This document shows positions 49,379-60,864 of a DNA stretch of 64,000 nt, in pieces. The notes under the pieces are model-generated. The model did no database searches, had not been told where the DNA came from, and was given only the letters and a program-made list of their open reading frames with translations. Numbering within the stretch: position 1 is the stretch's first letter; every line of letters starts with the position of its first letter. The stretch is from Mobula hypostoma. Lineage: Eukaryota. The stretch covers positions 21,700,001 through 21,764,000 of the forward strand of contig NC_086104.1 of NCBI RefSeq assembly GCF_963921235.1, written 5' to 3'. A program made the position numbers and the translations under genes.

Positions 49379-50852
49379 TAAGCACAAAATATTCTGCAGA
49401 TGCTGGGGTCAAAGCAACACTCACATCACGCTGGAGGAACTCAGCAGGTCGGGCAGCATCCGTGGAAACGATCAGTCAACGTTTCGGGCCAGAACCCTTC
49501 CTCAGGACTGAAGAGGGAAGGGGCAGAAGCCCTATAAAGGTGGGGGGGGGGGAGGGTGGGAAAAAGAAGGCTAGTAGGTTCCAGGTAAAAAACCAGTAAG
49601 GGGAAAGCTAAAGATACATCTTCTACAAGCCCACTGACTCTCATAACTACCTCGACTATACCTCTTCCCACCCCGCCACATGCAAAAATGCCATTCCCTA
49701 TTCCCAGTTCCTCCGTCTCTGCCGCATCTGCTCCCAGGATGAGGCTTTCCGTTCCAGGACAACTCAAATGTCCTCTTTCTTTAAGGATTGTGGTTTCCCT
49801 TCTGCTGTCATCAATGATGCTCTCACCCGCATCTCCTCCATTTCCTACACTTCGGCTCTCACCCCATCCTCCCGCCACCACAACAGGGACAGAGTTCCCC
49901 TTGTCCTCACCTATCACCCCACCAGCCTCCGGATCTAGCACATTATCCTCTGCAACTTCCGCCACCTTCAACAGGACCCCACCACTAAGCACATCTTTCC
50001 CTCTCCACCCCTCTCTGCTTTCCGCAGGGATCGGTCCCTCCGCGACTCCCTGATCCACACGTCCCTCCCCACAGATCTCCCACCTGGCACTTATCCCTGT
50101 AAGCGCAAGTGCTACACCTGTCCCTACACCTCCTCTCTTGCCACCATTCAGGGCCCCAAACAGTCCTTCCAGGTGAGGCAACACTTCACTTGTGAGTCTG
50201 TTGGGGTCATCTATTGCATCAGGTGCTCCCGGTGCGGCCTCCTTTACATCGGTGAAACTCGCCGCAGATTGGGGTACCACTTCGTCGAGCACCTCCACTC
50301 CATCCGCCACAACAGACAGGATCTCCCGGTTGCCACCCACTTCAACTCTGCTTCCCATTCGGGTATGTCCATACACGGCCTCCTCTACTGCCATGATGAG
50401 GCTAAACTCAGGTTGGAGGAGTAACACCTCATATACCATCTAGGTAGTCTCCAGCCCCTTGGTATGAACATAGAATTCTCCAACTTCCGGTAATTCCCTC
50501 CCCCTCCCTTCCCCTATCCCTATTTCACTCTGCCTCCTCCCGCAGCTGCCTATCACCTCCATCATGGTTCTGCCTTCTTCTACTACCCATTGTGTTTTCC
50601 CCTATTCCTTCTTCACCTTTCCTGCCTATCCCCTCCCTGCCTCCCTTCCCCCACCCCTATCTTTCCCCTTACTGGTTTTTCACCTGGCACCTACCAGCCT
50701 TCTCCTTCCCACCCTCCCCCCACCTTCTTTATAGGGCCTCTGCCCCTTCCCTCTTCAGTTCTGACGAAGAGTTCCAGCCCGAAACGTTGACTGATGGTTT
50801 CTACGGATGCTGCCCGACCTGCTGAGTTCTTCCAGTGTATTGTGGGTGCTGC
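49379..50852 (+). mobile_element. Neptune-type PLE (distinct subfamily) with inverted 5' pLTR; 13-bp TSD
   Basis: RT C-terminus + GIY-YIG (50173-50424); hammerhead cores at ~49474-49509 (-) and ~50757-50792 (+); TSD tttccccatcttg at 49366-49378 and 50853-50865. Confidence 0.9.
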
Positions 50853-50919
50853 TTTCCCCATCTTGAATGTGCTACACTAATCTATAAAGCAAATAGTATT
50901 CTTTCATCCATAAATCCCT

Positions 50920-51320
50920 CCGAGAGGATCACAAATTGTTATGGTTTGGAGGCAGGCACACCTCAATGACCTGGAGAGCTACGCTGACTGGAGTCAGGGC
51001 TTTGAGCTTTGGCCTTTGGGAGGGTCACCCATGCCAAACTGTTCAAAGGGTAGAGGCCAGACTAAGTCATCCACCGGTCCTCCTGGTTCGGGGGTTCAGC
51101 TCAGGGTAACAACCCTGACTGGTCAAATAAAACTGTTACAAAAACAGCATTGAAGAATCCTTCTACACCTGAGTGTGACAGTGTTCCTGAGTCTCCACCC
51201 CCGGGACTTGCATGACTGATAGAAGTGAAAACTAAGCTACTGACACAGTGAATGAAGCCCTGAACACCATGAGATGAGAAGGACCTTAATTGCTGCCCTA
51301 AACCCCAGCAGCATAACGGG
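50920..51320 (+). mobile_element. Probable non-autonomous RTE-derived element
   Basis: Motifs resembling RTE 5' UTR (gggtcacccatgccaaac..ggccagac..gggggtt) and an RTE-like tail (attgctgccctaaacccc). Confidence 0.4.
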
Positions 51321-51615
51321 CAATACAGAATCTATAAATTACTTTATAACCAATTTACATTATGGAAACATGCAATAGCATACCTACCTGTATGCAAAGA
51401 CCATTCTAGATTTTTTAAATGCTGTAAACACTATGTTGCATTAATCCTTAATTAGGTGATATCTTTAAAAATCACTATTGCCACAAGGAATGTAATTGCA
51501 CGTTTTTTTTTTCTATGAATCAGATTGCATTCTAGAAATTGTTATACTTTCCACGAAACGATTTGAAATTCTCAGTCACTTCACATCAAGAGTTTTTGTA
51601 CCAAGTAAATCTTAC

Positions 51616-53129
51616 CGGTAAAGTGCGACATAGTATCGATTGGATATAGCTTGTTTGGAGTCCATCACCTGAAATAGCAACATGAGTGCTTGGACACTCG
51701 TTGTGAAGTTCACAAAATGAACAACCTTGAACAACGTATCCATCTGTTCCATTATCTTTTCATCATCCATTTTGGAATAAGGAAAAGCTCTATTGACACC
51801 AGTCAGCAAAGCACTTAGCATTTTAGAGTCTATTTCTGACTTTTTAACAAAGGCATGGAAAAATGAAAAATAAATGGCTATTAATTTCCCAGCAAGGTCA
51901 CTCTCCTCGTGGCTCAAGACCATCTGGTTGAGAAAGCAAATGGCATAGTACTGAGCTTTCAGACTAATATTAGGCCTGTATAGAAGTCGCTCAATTTCAC
52001 AACACACAACAGTTTTCATGTTGGGATGTTTATGAAGCAATGTTTCTAAAAGATAGGAGGCCTTTGTCGCCATTTTATGTTGTGGATCTCCTAACTTATT
52101 TACTAACTGAATCAGCAGGGCTTTCTCTTGCTCTGGCTTATTGCAGAGGATCTCATGAATTGTACCCAAGGCCTGAGCCTTTGTTGCCTGCACATTGTCG
52201 TGAGTCAAAGCTTCTAAAGCCTGCACAAACTCTGCAAAATGGTGCTTCAAGAGATGTTCAAAGTACCACATTATTAGGCGCTTGTCCCTGGTATCTTTGT
52301 TACCACTGGCAAGCTCTTCCAGCTTTTTAAAAGGATGCTGCGAGAAAGTTTGTAATTTTCGATTGTCTGGAAGCAAGTCAGAGATTAGTAGTTCTGTTAG
52401 TGTGCTCAAAGCCATTAAGGACTGCCGCCGACTTCCCTTCTTCTTGATTTGGTTGACTAATACCTCTACAAAGTGAAGAGTGTGCACCGGAGCATCCTGA
52501 ATCAGAAGTGTCATGGCTGCCATCCTGTCTGCCAATGTGCCTGTTGTGACAACTGTTTTCATCCACGTTGAACTCGCTCCTTTTTGATTTTTCTTATTTG
52601 AGTAAAGATTGGTTTCGTGCTCATAGAGCTGCTTAGCAAGATTTTTATACTGTGAGACAAATGATTCATCTTGTGGCTCAGAGGTGTGCTCATTTGCATA
52701 ATCCGCATCATACCACTTTCCACCTGGCTTTACCAATAAGTATTGTTTGGGGTGAAATTCAAACATATCCTGATGTTTGGTTTTCCGTCCTGGTATTTCA
52801 CATGTACTTGATTCCTGATTATCTTTTTGCTTTCCAGTTCTGCCAGGCTGACCTTTTTTATCAGCCTTTCCATCTTGAATTTTCTCTTTCAGTTCCTTAT
52901 TTTTACTTTTCTTGCCCTTTTTGTCAATTTGTACACCCTCCTTTTTTGCTTGCTTTTCATCTTTAGCACTCTCTTCATCTTCTTGCACAATTTTAGAGTA
53001 TTTTCTTATGCCTATTTTCTGGACAAAGGCTTCCAATTCACCTTCTTCTAGATCATCAATTGCTGACTTTTTTCCACCATCAATCAGTTCTTCATTTTCA
53101 TTTAAGTGATGCAGCATTAGATAATCGGC
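51616..53129 (-). CDS. CEBPZ: CEBPZ exon 2 (1514 nt)
   Basis: 501-aa ORF with GTLADRMAAMTLLIQDAPVH, LVNKLGDP, LLTGVNRAFPY, RYYVALYR (CEBPZ/Mak21); tag/gtaaga boundaries. Confidence 0.98.
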
Positions 53130-53519
53130 CTATAAAAGAAAATACACAATTACAGTGTATGGTATTGCTCCTTCTATGTAAAGTAGATTTCTCTGGTTTA
53201 TCATGTGAATAATTTTAGCAATAACTAAGGCAATTTTGGTGTAAAGTGGAAATATTCTGATTAAATACAAGAATATAAGCAATACATTAGAGGGTATCTT
53301 TAATGTAATAAAGAAACCAAATATGCTTCAAAGAAGCTCTTTCTACTAACTCATTGCAAAATTGGCACTGTTCACATAGCAAGGGGTTGATAAAGTAATC
53401 AAACAACTGAAAACAAGTGCGAACCCAGTAAACAAAAATCACTTAAATACTAAAAGGTGGGAGGAAAATTGATGATCTCACCTTCCTCAACCAGAATAGA
53501 AGGCCATACTTCTTTGCCA

Positions 53520-55770
53520 TGGACAGCAAAGGCTACTGGAAAATTAGAGGATTGGGAAGCTTTTAAAAATCAACAGAAGGCAATTAAAAAAAAATCATAA
53601 AGATGGAAAAGATGGAATACAAAGGTAAGCCAGCCAATAATATTAAAGGGGATACCAAAACTTTCTTCAAATATATAATGAGTAAAAGAGACACTTGTGT
53701 TGGCGCGTGGCCAAGTGGTTAAGGTGTTCATTTAGTGATCTGAAGGTCGCTAGTTCGAGCCTTGGCTGCGGCAGTGTGTGTGTCCTTGAGCAAGGCACTT
53801 AGCCACACATTGCTCTGCGACGACACCAGTGCCAAGCTGTATGGGTCCTAATGCCCTTCCCTTGGACAACATCGGTGGTGTGGAGAGGGGAGACTTGCAG
53901 CATAGGCAACTGCTGGTCTTCCATACAACCTTGCCCAGGCCTGCGCCCTGGAAACCTTCCAAGGCGCAAATCCATGGTCTCACGAGACTAACGGATGCCT
54001 ATTTAAAAGAGAGACAAGAGTACATATTGGACCACAAACAAATGATTTTGGAGAGGTAGTAATGGTGAACAAGAAAATGACAGGCGAACGGAATCAGTAC
54101 TGTGCATCAGTATTCACTGAAGTAGACATTAGCAGTATGCTGGAGAGGCAGAAGTGAGTGTAGTTGCTATTACTAGGGAGAAGGTGCTTGGGAAGCTGTA
54201 AGGTCTGATGGTAGACGTCACTTGAAGCAGATGGACTACACTCCAGGATTCTGAAAGAGGAAGTTGAAGAGATTGAGGAGGCATTAGTAATAACCTTTCA
54301 AGAATCACTAGATTCTGGCAGGTTCGAGGACTAGAAAATTGCAAATATCACTCCACTCTTCATGAAGGGAAGAAGGCAGAAGAAAGGAAATTATAGGCCA
54401 GTTAGCCTGAACTCAGTGGTTGGGAAGATGTTGGAGTTGATTGTTAAGGAGAAAAGTTTTGGGGTACTTGGAGGCACATGATAACACAAGCCAAAGTCAG
54501 CATGGTTTCCTTCAGGAAAAATCTTGCTTGACAAATCTGTGAGAACTCTTTGAGGAGATAACAAGCAGAACAGAAAGGAAAATCGGAGGATGTTGTGTAC
54601 TTGGATTTTCAGAAGGCCTTTGACAACGTGCCACACATGAGGCTGCTTTGCGACATAAGAGCCCAAGGTATTATAGGTAAGACACTAACATGAATAGAGC
54701 ATTGGCTGATTGGTAGATGGCACAGAGTGGGAATAAAGGGAGCCTTTCTGACTGGCTGCAGGTGACTAGTGGTGTCCTTCAGGGGTCAGTGCTGGGATTG
54801 CTTCTTCTTACACTGCACGTCCATGATTTTGATGACAGAATTGATGTTTTTTATGGCCAAGTTTGTGAATGACACGAAGATAGGTGGAGGCAGTTAGTAT
54901 TGAGGAAGTAAGGAGGCAGCAGATGGACTAAGACGGGTTTGGAAATTACTGGCAGATAGAATACAGTGTCGAGAAGTGTACGGCCATGCACTTTGGTAGA
55001 AGGAACAAAAGCGTAGACAATTTTCTAAATGGGGAGAAAACTAAAAAATCTGAGGAGCAAAGGAACTTGGAAATCCTCGTGCAGGGATTCCTAAAAGTTA
55101 ATTTGCAAGTTGAGTCTGTGGTGAGGAAGGCAAATGCAATGTTAGCATTCATTTAAAGAGGACTAGAATATAAAAACAATGATATAATGCTGAGGCTTCA
55201 TAAAACACTGATGAGGCCTCACTTGGAGTACTGAGAGCAGCTTTGGGCCCCTGATCTAAGAAAGGATGTGCTGTCATTGGAGAGGGTTCAAAGGAGGTTC
55301 ACAAAAAAAGATTCTGGGAATGAAAGGCTTATCATATGAGGAGTGTTTGATGGCTCTGGGTCTGTACTCTCTGGAATTTTGAGGAAAGGGATGGGGTGTG
55401 GATCTCACTGAAACCTATCAAATATTGAAAGGCCTAGATAGAATGGATTTAGAGAGGATGCTCCCTATGGTTTGGGAGTCCAGGATCAGAGGATACAACT
55501 TCAGAATACAGGGACGTCCATTTATAATGGAGATGAGAAAGAATTTCTTTAGCCCAAGGGTGGTGAATCTGTGGAATTCATTGCCACAGGTGACCATGGA
55601 GGCCAGGTCATTAGGTGTACTCAAGGTGGAGGTTGATAGATAAGTCAAGGCGTGAAAGATTTTGGCAAGAATGCAGGATAATGTGGTTGAGAGGGCAATA
55701 GATCAGGTAAGATCAAAGGTGGAGCAGTTCGATAGACCGAATGGCCTAATTCTGCTCCTATGTCTTATGG
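53520..55770 (+). mobile_element. Decayed CR1 LINE ORF2 to 3' end, interrupted by a SINE
   Basis: NYRPVSL, YLDFQKAFD.VPH and RPHLEY fragments; CR1 tail attctgctcctatgtcttatgg. Confidence 0.85.
53700..54002 (+). mobile_element. tRNA-derived SINE with central core and RTE-like tail
   Basis: A-box TGGCCAAGTGG at 53708-53718, B-box GTTCGAGCC at 53753-53761, core gtgtccttgagcaaggcactta; other copies at 29060-29330 and 63255-63370. Confidence 0.85.
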
Positions 55771-57189
55771 TCCATATTAGGGATTTTCAGTGTGATCTCT
55801 TTAGGAACTCACCCGGCAGAAGGCAATGGCAAACCACTGCTATAACTTGCCACGTACGCGGTTCCCACTACGTCAGAGAGGCGTGGAGGGAAATCGTCCG
55901 CTAACCGGAGAAACTCCGGATGCAACATACCTTTCCTTTCCATAATCAATACTTGAGAGAAAGCATTAGGAATTATTAGACAAGAAGAGAGTTAGATTTT
56001 AAAGAGTGTCTTACAGCAAAGTTTCCTAGAAAGGAAATTTCCAAGTTTGGGATCCAAATCCAGATACACAGACAGTACAATGGCAAAGTGGTACCTACAA
56101 ATTTCTTTGTTGGGTAATAATGACACTATTTCAAATAAAAGCAGAGGAGCTATTCTCAGTATTCGGGACAATATTTATCTCTTAAGCATCAAAATAGACG
56201 ATCACAATGTACTTGTTTATTCGTGAGTACACAAATCAATTATTACCTTAACCCTAACTAACCAACAAACTCACATCAACTGTTTTAAAGAGTTCCAGCA
56301 TAATTGGAGTTCATGAAAAGTAACATGTGAATCAAAGTCTGAAATTCTTTAAAATGAATCTCCAATTAAACCAAAAGTCATTCAGCAATGGGCCTCAACT
56401 ACATATGGATCTGGAACCCACTGTATGAGAGTCCAGAAGATCACAGGAAGAGACTCCACCTACCTATCCACATCTTGAGCACTTGAATTTTTCTAAAGCA
56501 AATCTCAAAGTTTAGTGCCAAATAGGTAATTCACCCCTAAGAGTCTCCTGCCATGAAGACCATATATGATTGAACTTTTGGCTCTAGATTTTTGTCTGAT
56601 CCAAACAACTCCTGGTTCCCATATCATCCAAATGTCTCTCAGATTTCACAGAGTTCTACAGAATTGAAACGGGTAGGCTGCCACCATACTATCCATACTA
56701 ATCCCATTTACCTGTATTAATTCCATATCCTACGATGTCTTGTTCATTAAAGTACCTGTGCAGATCCTAAAATATACCTAGTCAGTCGCTGAGCATTTAT
56801 CCCCTCTCTTTCGAATTTAAAATCTCTATAACCTCGTCTTTAGTAATTTTGATATGCTCCAGGATACCTCTGTTCCCTCCCCTGAATCCATTAGCCTGCA
56901 TGTCTTTTTCCACAGTAAGCACAGGCGATAGACGCACATATGGTTGGGTATTAACCAGCAGCTTACAACCTAGGTCTGACTTGCCACACTTTGCTAGGCA
57001 GGTGATACTTGGCTGAACTCCGCACTTAACAAGTGTCCACTCTTTCCCTCACTCCGCCACGAACACGGGCGATTAGCCGGACCCCAACAGCACAGAGCCC
57101 ACGTGTAGACAGGGACGCCGCCATGCCCGGTGCCCGGCCGCTAACCATCACCTCCGAAAGAACCTGACAGCCCTTCCTCGATCTCATAC

Positions 57190-57339
57190 CTTGGTCCCTC
57201 CGAGCCGCAACACCTCATCCAGCGTGAACTCATTGTTTGCGCTTTCCTCTTCCTCCTCTCCATTGTCCTCACACTCCGGATCGATAGCTTCGGCATCGAT
57301 ATCCTCTCCGAGCTCTAACTCCTCCGGGGCCGCCGCCAT
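57190..57339 (-). CDS. CEBPZ: CEBPZ exon 1 (MAAAPEE...EFTLDEVLRLGGTK); the gene totals 16 exons and 1068 aa
   Basis: ATG in a CpG-rich region; F.L.EVLRLGGTK is conserved; donor gtatga. Confidence 0.96.
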
Positions 57340-57639
57340 GTCAGTACTCACAGCGCCAGCCCAGCCCAGGCCATATCAGATACGTACACGGCAGGAAATC
57401 TTACCACGGTATTCGTCTGTCGAAATCTATCATATATATTAACTGCTAAAAATATATAAACATTTTACATTCCGAAATAGATAGGTTAACTCGCTCTTTT
57501 TTTCTGTCAGACCGACGCTCTTTACCTAGCGATTAGGACCTGTGATAGTGATTGGCTGGTTGGGAGAGTGAAAGGTCAGAGGTCAATAAAGAGGAGTCCC
57601 AATGCTGTGAGGTGGTGATAGAATTTTGTCCTGTGTAGG
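57340..57639. promoter_or_regulatory. Compact bidirectional promoter CEBPZ/NDUFAF7 with inverted CCAAT (ATTGG, 57551) and DR1 AGGTCA-G-AGGTCA (57573-57585)
   Basis: Divergent ATGs 300 bp apart; motifs read directly from the sequence. Confidence 0.75.
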
Positions 57640-57730
57640 ATGATTAAATTGAACGGGATGAAATTCCGAGTGGGTCTGAAGTGTCTCTCTGAATGCATTT
57701 CTAATGCGATTGCCAGAAAACACTTTCCAG
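57640..57730 (+). CDS. NDUFAF7: NDUFAF7 first coding exon (ATG 57640 or in-frame 57658; mitochondrial presequence-like)
   Basis: MIKLNGMKFRVGLKCLSECISNAIARKHFP; donor CAG|gtacgg, phase 1, in frame with the next exon. Confidence 0.7.
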
Positions 57731-57977
57731 GTACGGTGGAAGAAGCCAGCTGATTTCAGAGTTATCAAAATCAGTTAGGTCTTTCAATCAGATAACAAAA
57801 TGTTATGAATTTTGTTAGGCAGTCGTTGCATACTCTGCGCGTATTTGCATCCAGTTACCCAAGATAGATTTTTTTGCCCTTTTTTTTTATAAATTTCAGT
57901 CTATGAAATTGACTTTGTAAAATGGATGTTGTATGTAACTGGAAAATCGCTTCTGTTTTATATTGCATTTCTTTCAG

Positions 57978-58153
57978 ATTCTGGAGGTTTATGTGCTGGT
58001 CAGTTGATGAGGTCGTGCTCCACAACTTCAAAAAGCACAAAAAAACATGATAATGGTAGACTGATGCGAAAGCATCTAATTGCAAAAATAAAGTCAACAG
58101 GCCCAATCTCTGTTGCAGAATACATGAGAGAAGTTTTAACGAATCCTGTCGCA
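57978..58153 (+). CDS. NDUFAF7: NDUFAF7 coding exon 2 (..MRKHLIAKIKSTGPISVAEYMREVLTNPVA)
   Basis: Conserved KIKSTGPI.VAEYM.EVLTNP of NDUFAF7/MidA; tttcag/gtacgt boundaries. Confidence 0.95.
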
Positions 58154-58281
58154 GTACGTAAATCATTTTTGACTGTTTCAAAATTGCTACTTTTAGATTA
58201 GGCTGAAATTTTCCCTCCATTTGATACCATACTGGGGCTGGCTGGTATTATAATTTCAGCACTGCATACATTGTCATTTAA

Positions 58282-58437
<156 letters not shown>

Positions 58438-59583
58438 TAATTCATCATTTGATTTTATCTTGTCTCAAAGCACTTTACATCTGGTGAAGTACTTTTGATA
58501 TGTACTGTAATAATGTGGGAATAAATTTGTGTATAATCATAATTACTTGAAAAGTAAACTGTGTTCTTATAGTCATGGTGATTTGGTAGATTGGATTCAG
58601 ATTTGGCTTGGCCAAAGAAGGCAAAGGGTAGTCATAGAGTGGGGTTTCTCAGAATGGAGGTCTGACCGATTGTTTTCCTTGGGTGTCAACGCTGGAATCT
58701 CTGTTGTTTGTGATACAATACATACATGAGATTCTGTAGACGCAGGAAATCTTGAGAAGCAGAAAAAAATGCTGGAGAGACTCAGCAAGTCAGGCAGCAT
58801 CTATAGAAGGGAATAAACAGCTAATGTTTTGTGCTGAGGCCCTTATCAGGACAGGAAAGGAAGGGGGCAGAAGGCAGAGTTTGCATATGTTTGTGTTTTA
58901 CATGAATGATTTGAATGAAAATGTAGACAAGCTGATTAGTAAGTTTAGAATATAGAATAGTACAGCACAGTACAGGCCCTTCAGCCCACAATGTTGTGCT
59001 GACCCTCAAACCCTGCCTCCCATATAACCCCCCAACTTAAATTCCTCCATATACCTGTCTAGTAGTCTCTTAAATTTCACTAGTGTATCTGCCTCCACCA
59101 CTGACTCAGGCAATGCATTCCATGCACCAACCACTCTCTGAGTAAAAAACCTTCCTCTCATATCCCCCTTGAACTTCCCACCCCTTACTTTAAAGCCATG
59201 TCCTCTTGTATTGAGCAGTGGTGCCTGGGGAAGAGGCGCTGGCTATCCACTCCATCTATTCCTCTTAATATCTTGTACACCTCTATCATGTCTCCTCTCA
59301 TCCTCCCTCTTTCCAAAGAGTAAAGCCCTAGCTCCCTTAATGGCTGATCATAATCCATACTCTCTAAACCAGGCAGCATCCTGGTAAATCTCCTCTGTAC
59401 CCTTTCCAATGCTTCCACATCCTTCCTATAGTGAGGTGACCAGAAATGGACACAGTACTCCAAGTGTGGCCTAACCAGAGTTTTATAGAGCTCTATTATT
59501 ACCTCGCGACTCTTAAACTCTATCCCTTGACTTATGAAAGCTAACACCCCATAAGCTTTCTTAACTACCCTATCTACCTGTGA

Positions 59584-60864
59584 CACACATCAAAGTTGCT
59601 GGTGAACGCAGCAGGCCAGGCAGCATCTCTAGGAAGAGGTACAGTCGACGTTTCGGGCCGAGACCCTTCATCAGGACTAACTGAAGGAAGAGCTAGTAAG
59701 AGATTTGAAAGTGGGAGGGGGAGATCCAAAATGATAGGAGAAGACAGGAGGGGCAGGGATGGAGCCAAGAGCTGGACAGGTGATTGGTAAAAGGGATATG
59801 TGAGGATTATGGGACAGGAGGCCCAGGGAGAAGGAAAAAGGGGAGGGGGGGTAAAAGCCCAGAGGATGGACAAGGGGTATAGTCAGAGGGACAGAGGGAG
59901 AAAAAAGAGAGAGAGAGAAAGTGTGTATATAAATAACGGATGGGGTACGAGGGGGAGGTGGGGCATTAACGGAAGTTAGAGAAGTCAATGTTCATGCCAT
60001 CAGGTTGGAGGCTACCCTGACGGAATATAAGGTGTTGTTCCTCCAACCTGAGTGTGGCTTCATCTTTACAGTAGAGGAGGCCGTGGATAGACATATCAGA
60101 ATGGGAATGGGATGTGGAATTAAAATCTGTGGCCACTGGGAGATCCTGCTTTCTCTGGTGGACAGAGCGTAGGTGTTCAGCAAAACGATCTCCCAGTCTG
60201 CGTCGGGTCTCGCCAATGTATAGAAGGCCACATCGGGAGCACCGGACGCAGTATATCACCCCAGTCGACTCACAGATGAAGTGTCGCCTCACCTGGAAGG
60301 ACTGTCTGGGGCCCTGAATGGTGGTAAGGGAGGAAGTGTAAGGGCATGTGTAGCACTTGTTCTGCTTACAAGGATAAGTGCCAGGAGAGAGATCAGTGGG
60401 GAGGGATGGGGGGGGGGGAATGAATGGACAAGGGAGTCGTGTAGGGAGCGATCCCTGCAGAAAGCGGGGGCGGGGGGGGAGATGTGCTTAGTGGTGGGAT
60501 CCCGTTGGAGGTGGCGGAAGTTACGGAGAGTAATGTGTTGGACCCGGAGGCTGGTGGGGTGGTAGGCGAGGACCAGGGGAACCCTATTCCTATTGGGGTG
60601 ACGGGAGGATGGAGTGAGAGCAGATGTGCGTGAAATGGGGGAGATGCGTTTGAGAGCAGAGTTGATGGTGGAGGAAGAGAAACCCCTTTCTTTAAAAATG
60701 CCCATTCTGATATGTCTCTTCCTTCAGTTGGTCCTGACGAAGGGTTTCGGCCTGAAACGTTAACCGTACCTCTTCCTGGAGATGCTGCCTGGCCTGCTGC
60801 GTTCACCAGCAACTTTGATGTGTGTCACTTGAATTTCCAGCATCTGCAGAATTCCTCGTGTTTA
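59584..60864 (-). mobile_element. Neptune-type PLE with a short inverted pLTR at its 5' side; 15-bp TSD
   Basis: GIY-YIG ORF 59966-60292; inverted pLTR 60715-60864; TSD cctatctacctgtga at 59569-59583 and 60865-60879. Confidence 0.92.
59643..59678 (-). ncRNA. Intact minimal hammerhead ribozyme motif
   Basis: Reverse complement agtc-CTGATGA-a-gggt ctcg gccc-GAAAC-GTC-gact. Confidence 0.82.

Noticed and set aside
49441-50439. 332-aa minus-strand ORF
   Set aside because: Antisense shadow of the PLE RT/GIY-YIG region; similar shadows recur in other copies
53700-53772. tRNA-like sequence with A and B boxes
   Set aside because: It is a SINE head continuing into core and tail, with other copies in the window; no clean cloverleaf
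55850-55910. Possible HDV-like ribozyme (ttcccac...gctaa)
   Set aside because: I could not build consistent P1 and P2 pairings by eye; not claimed
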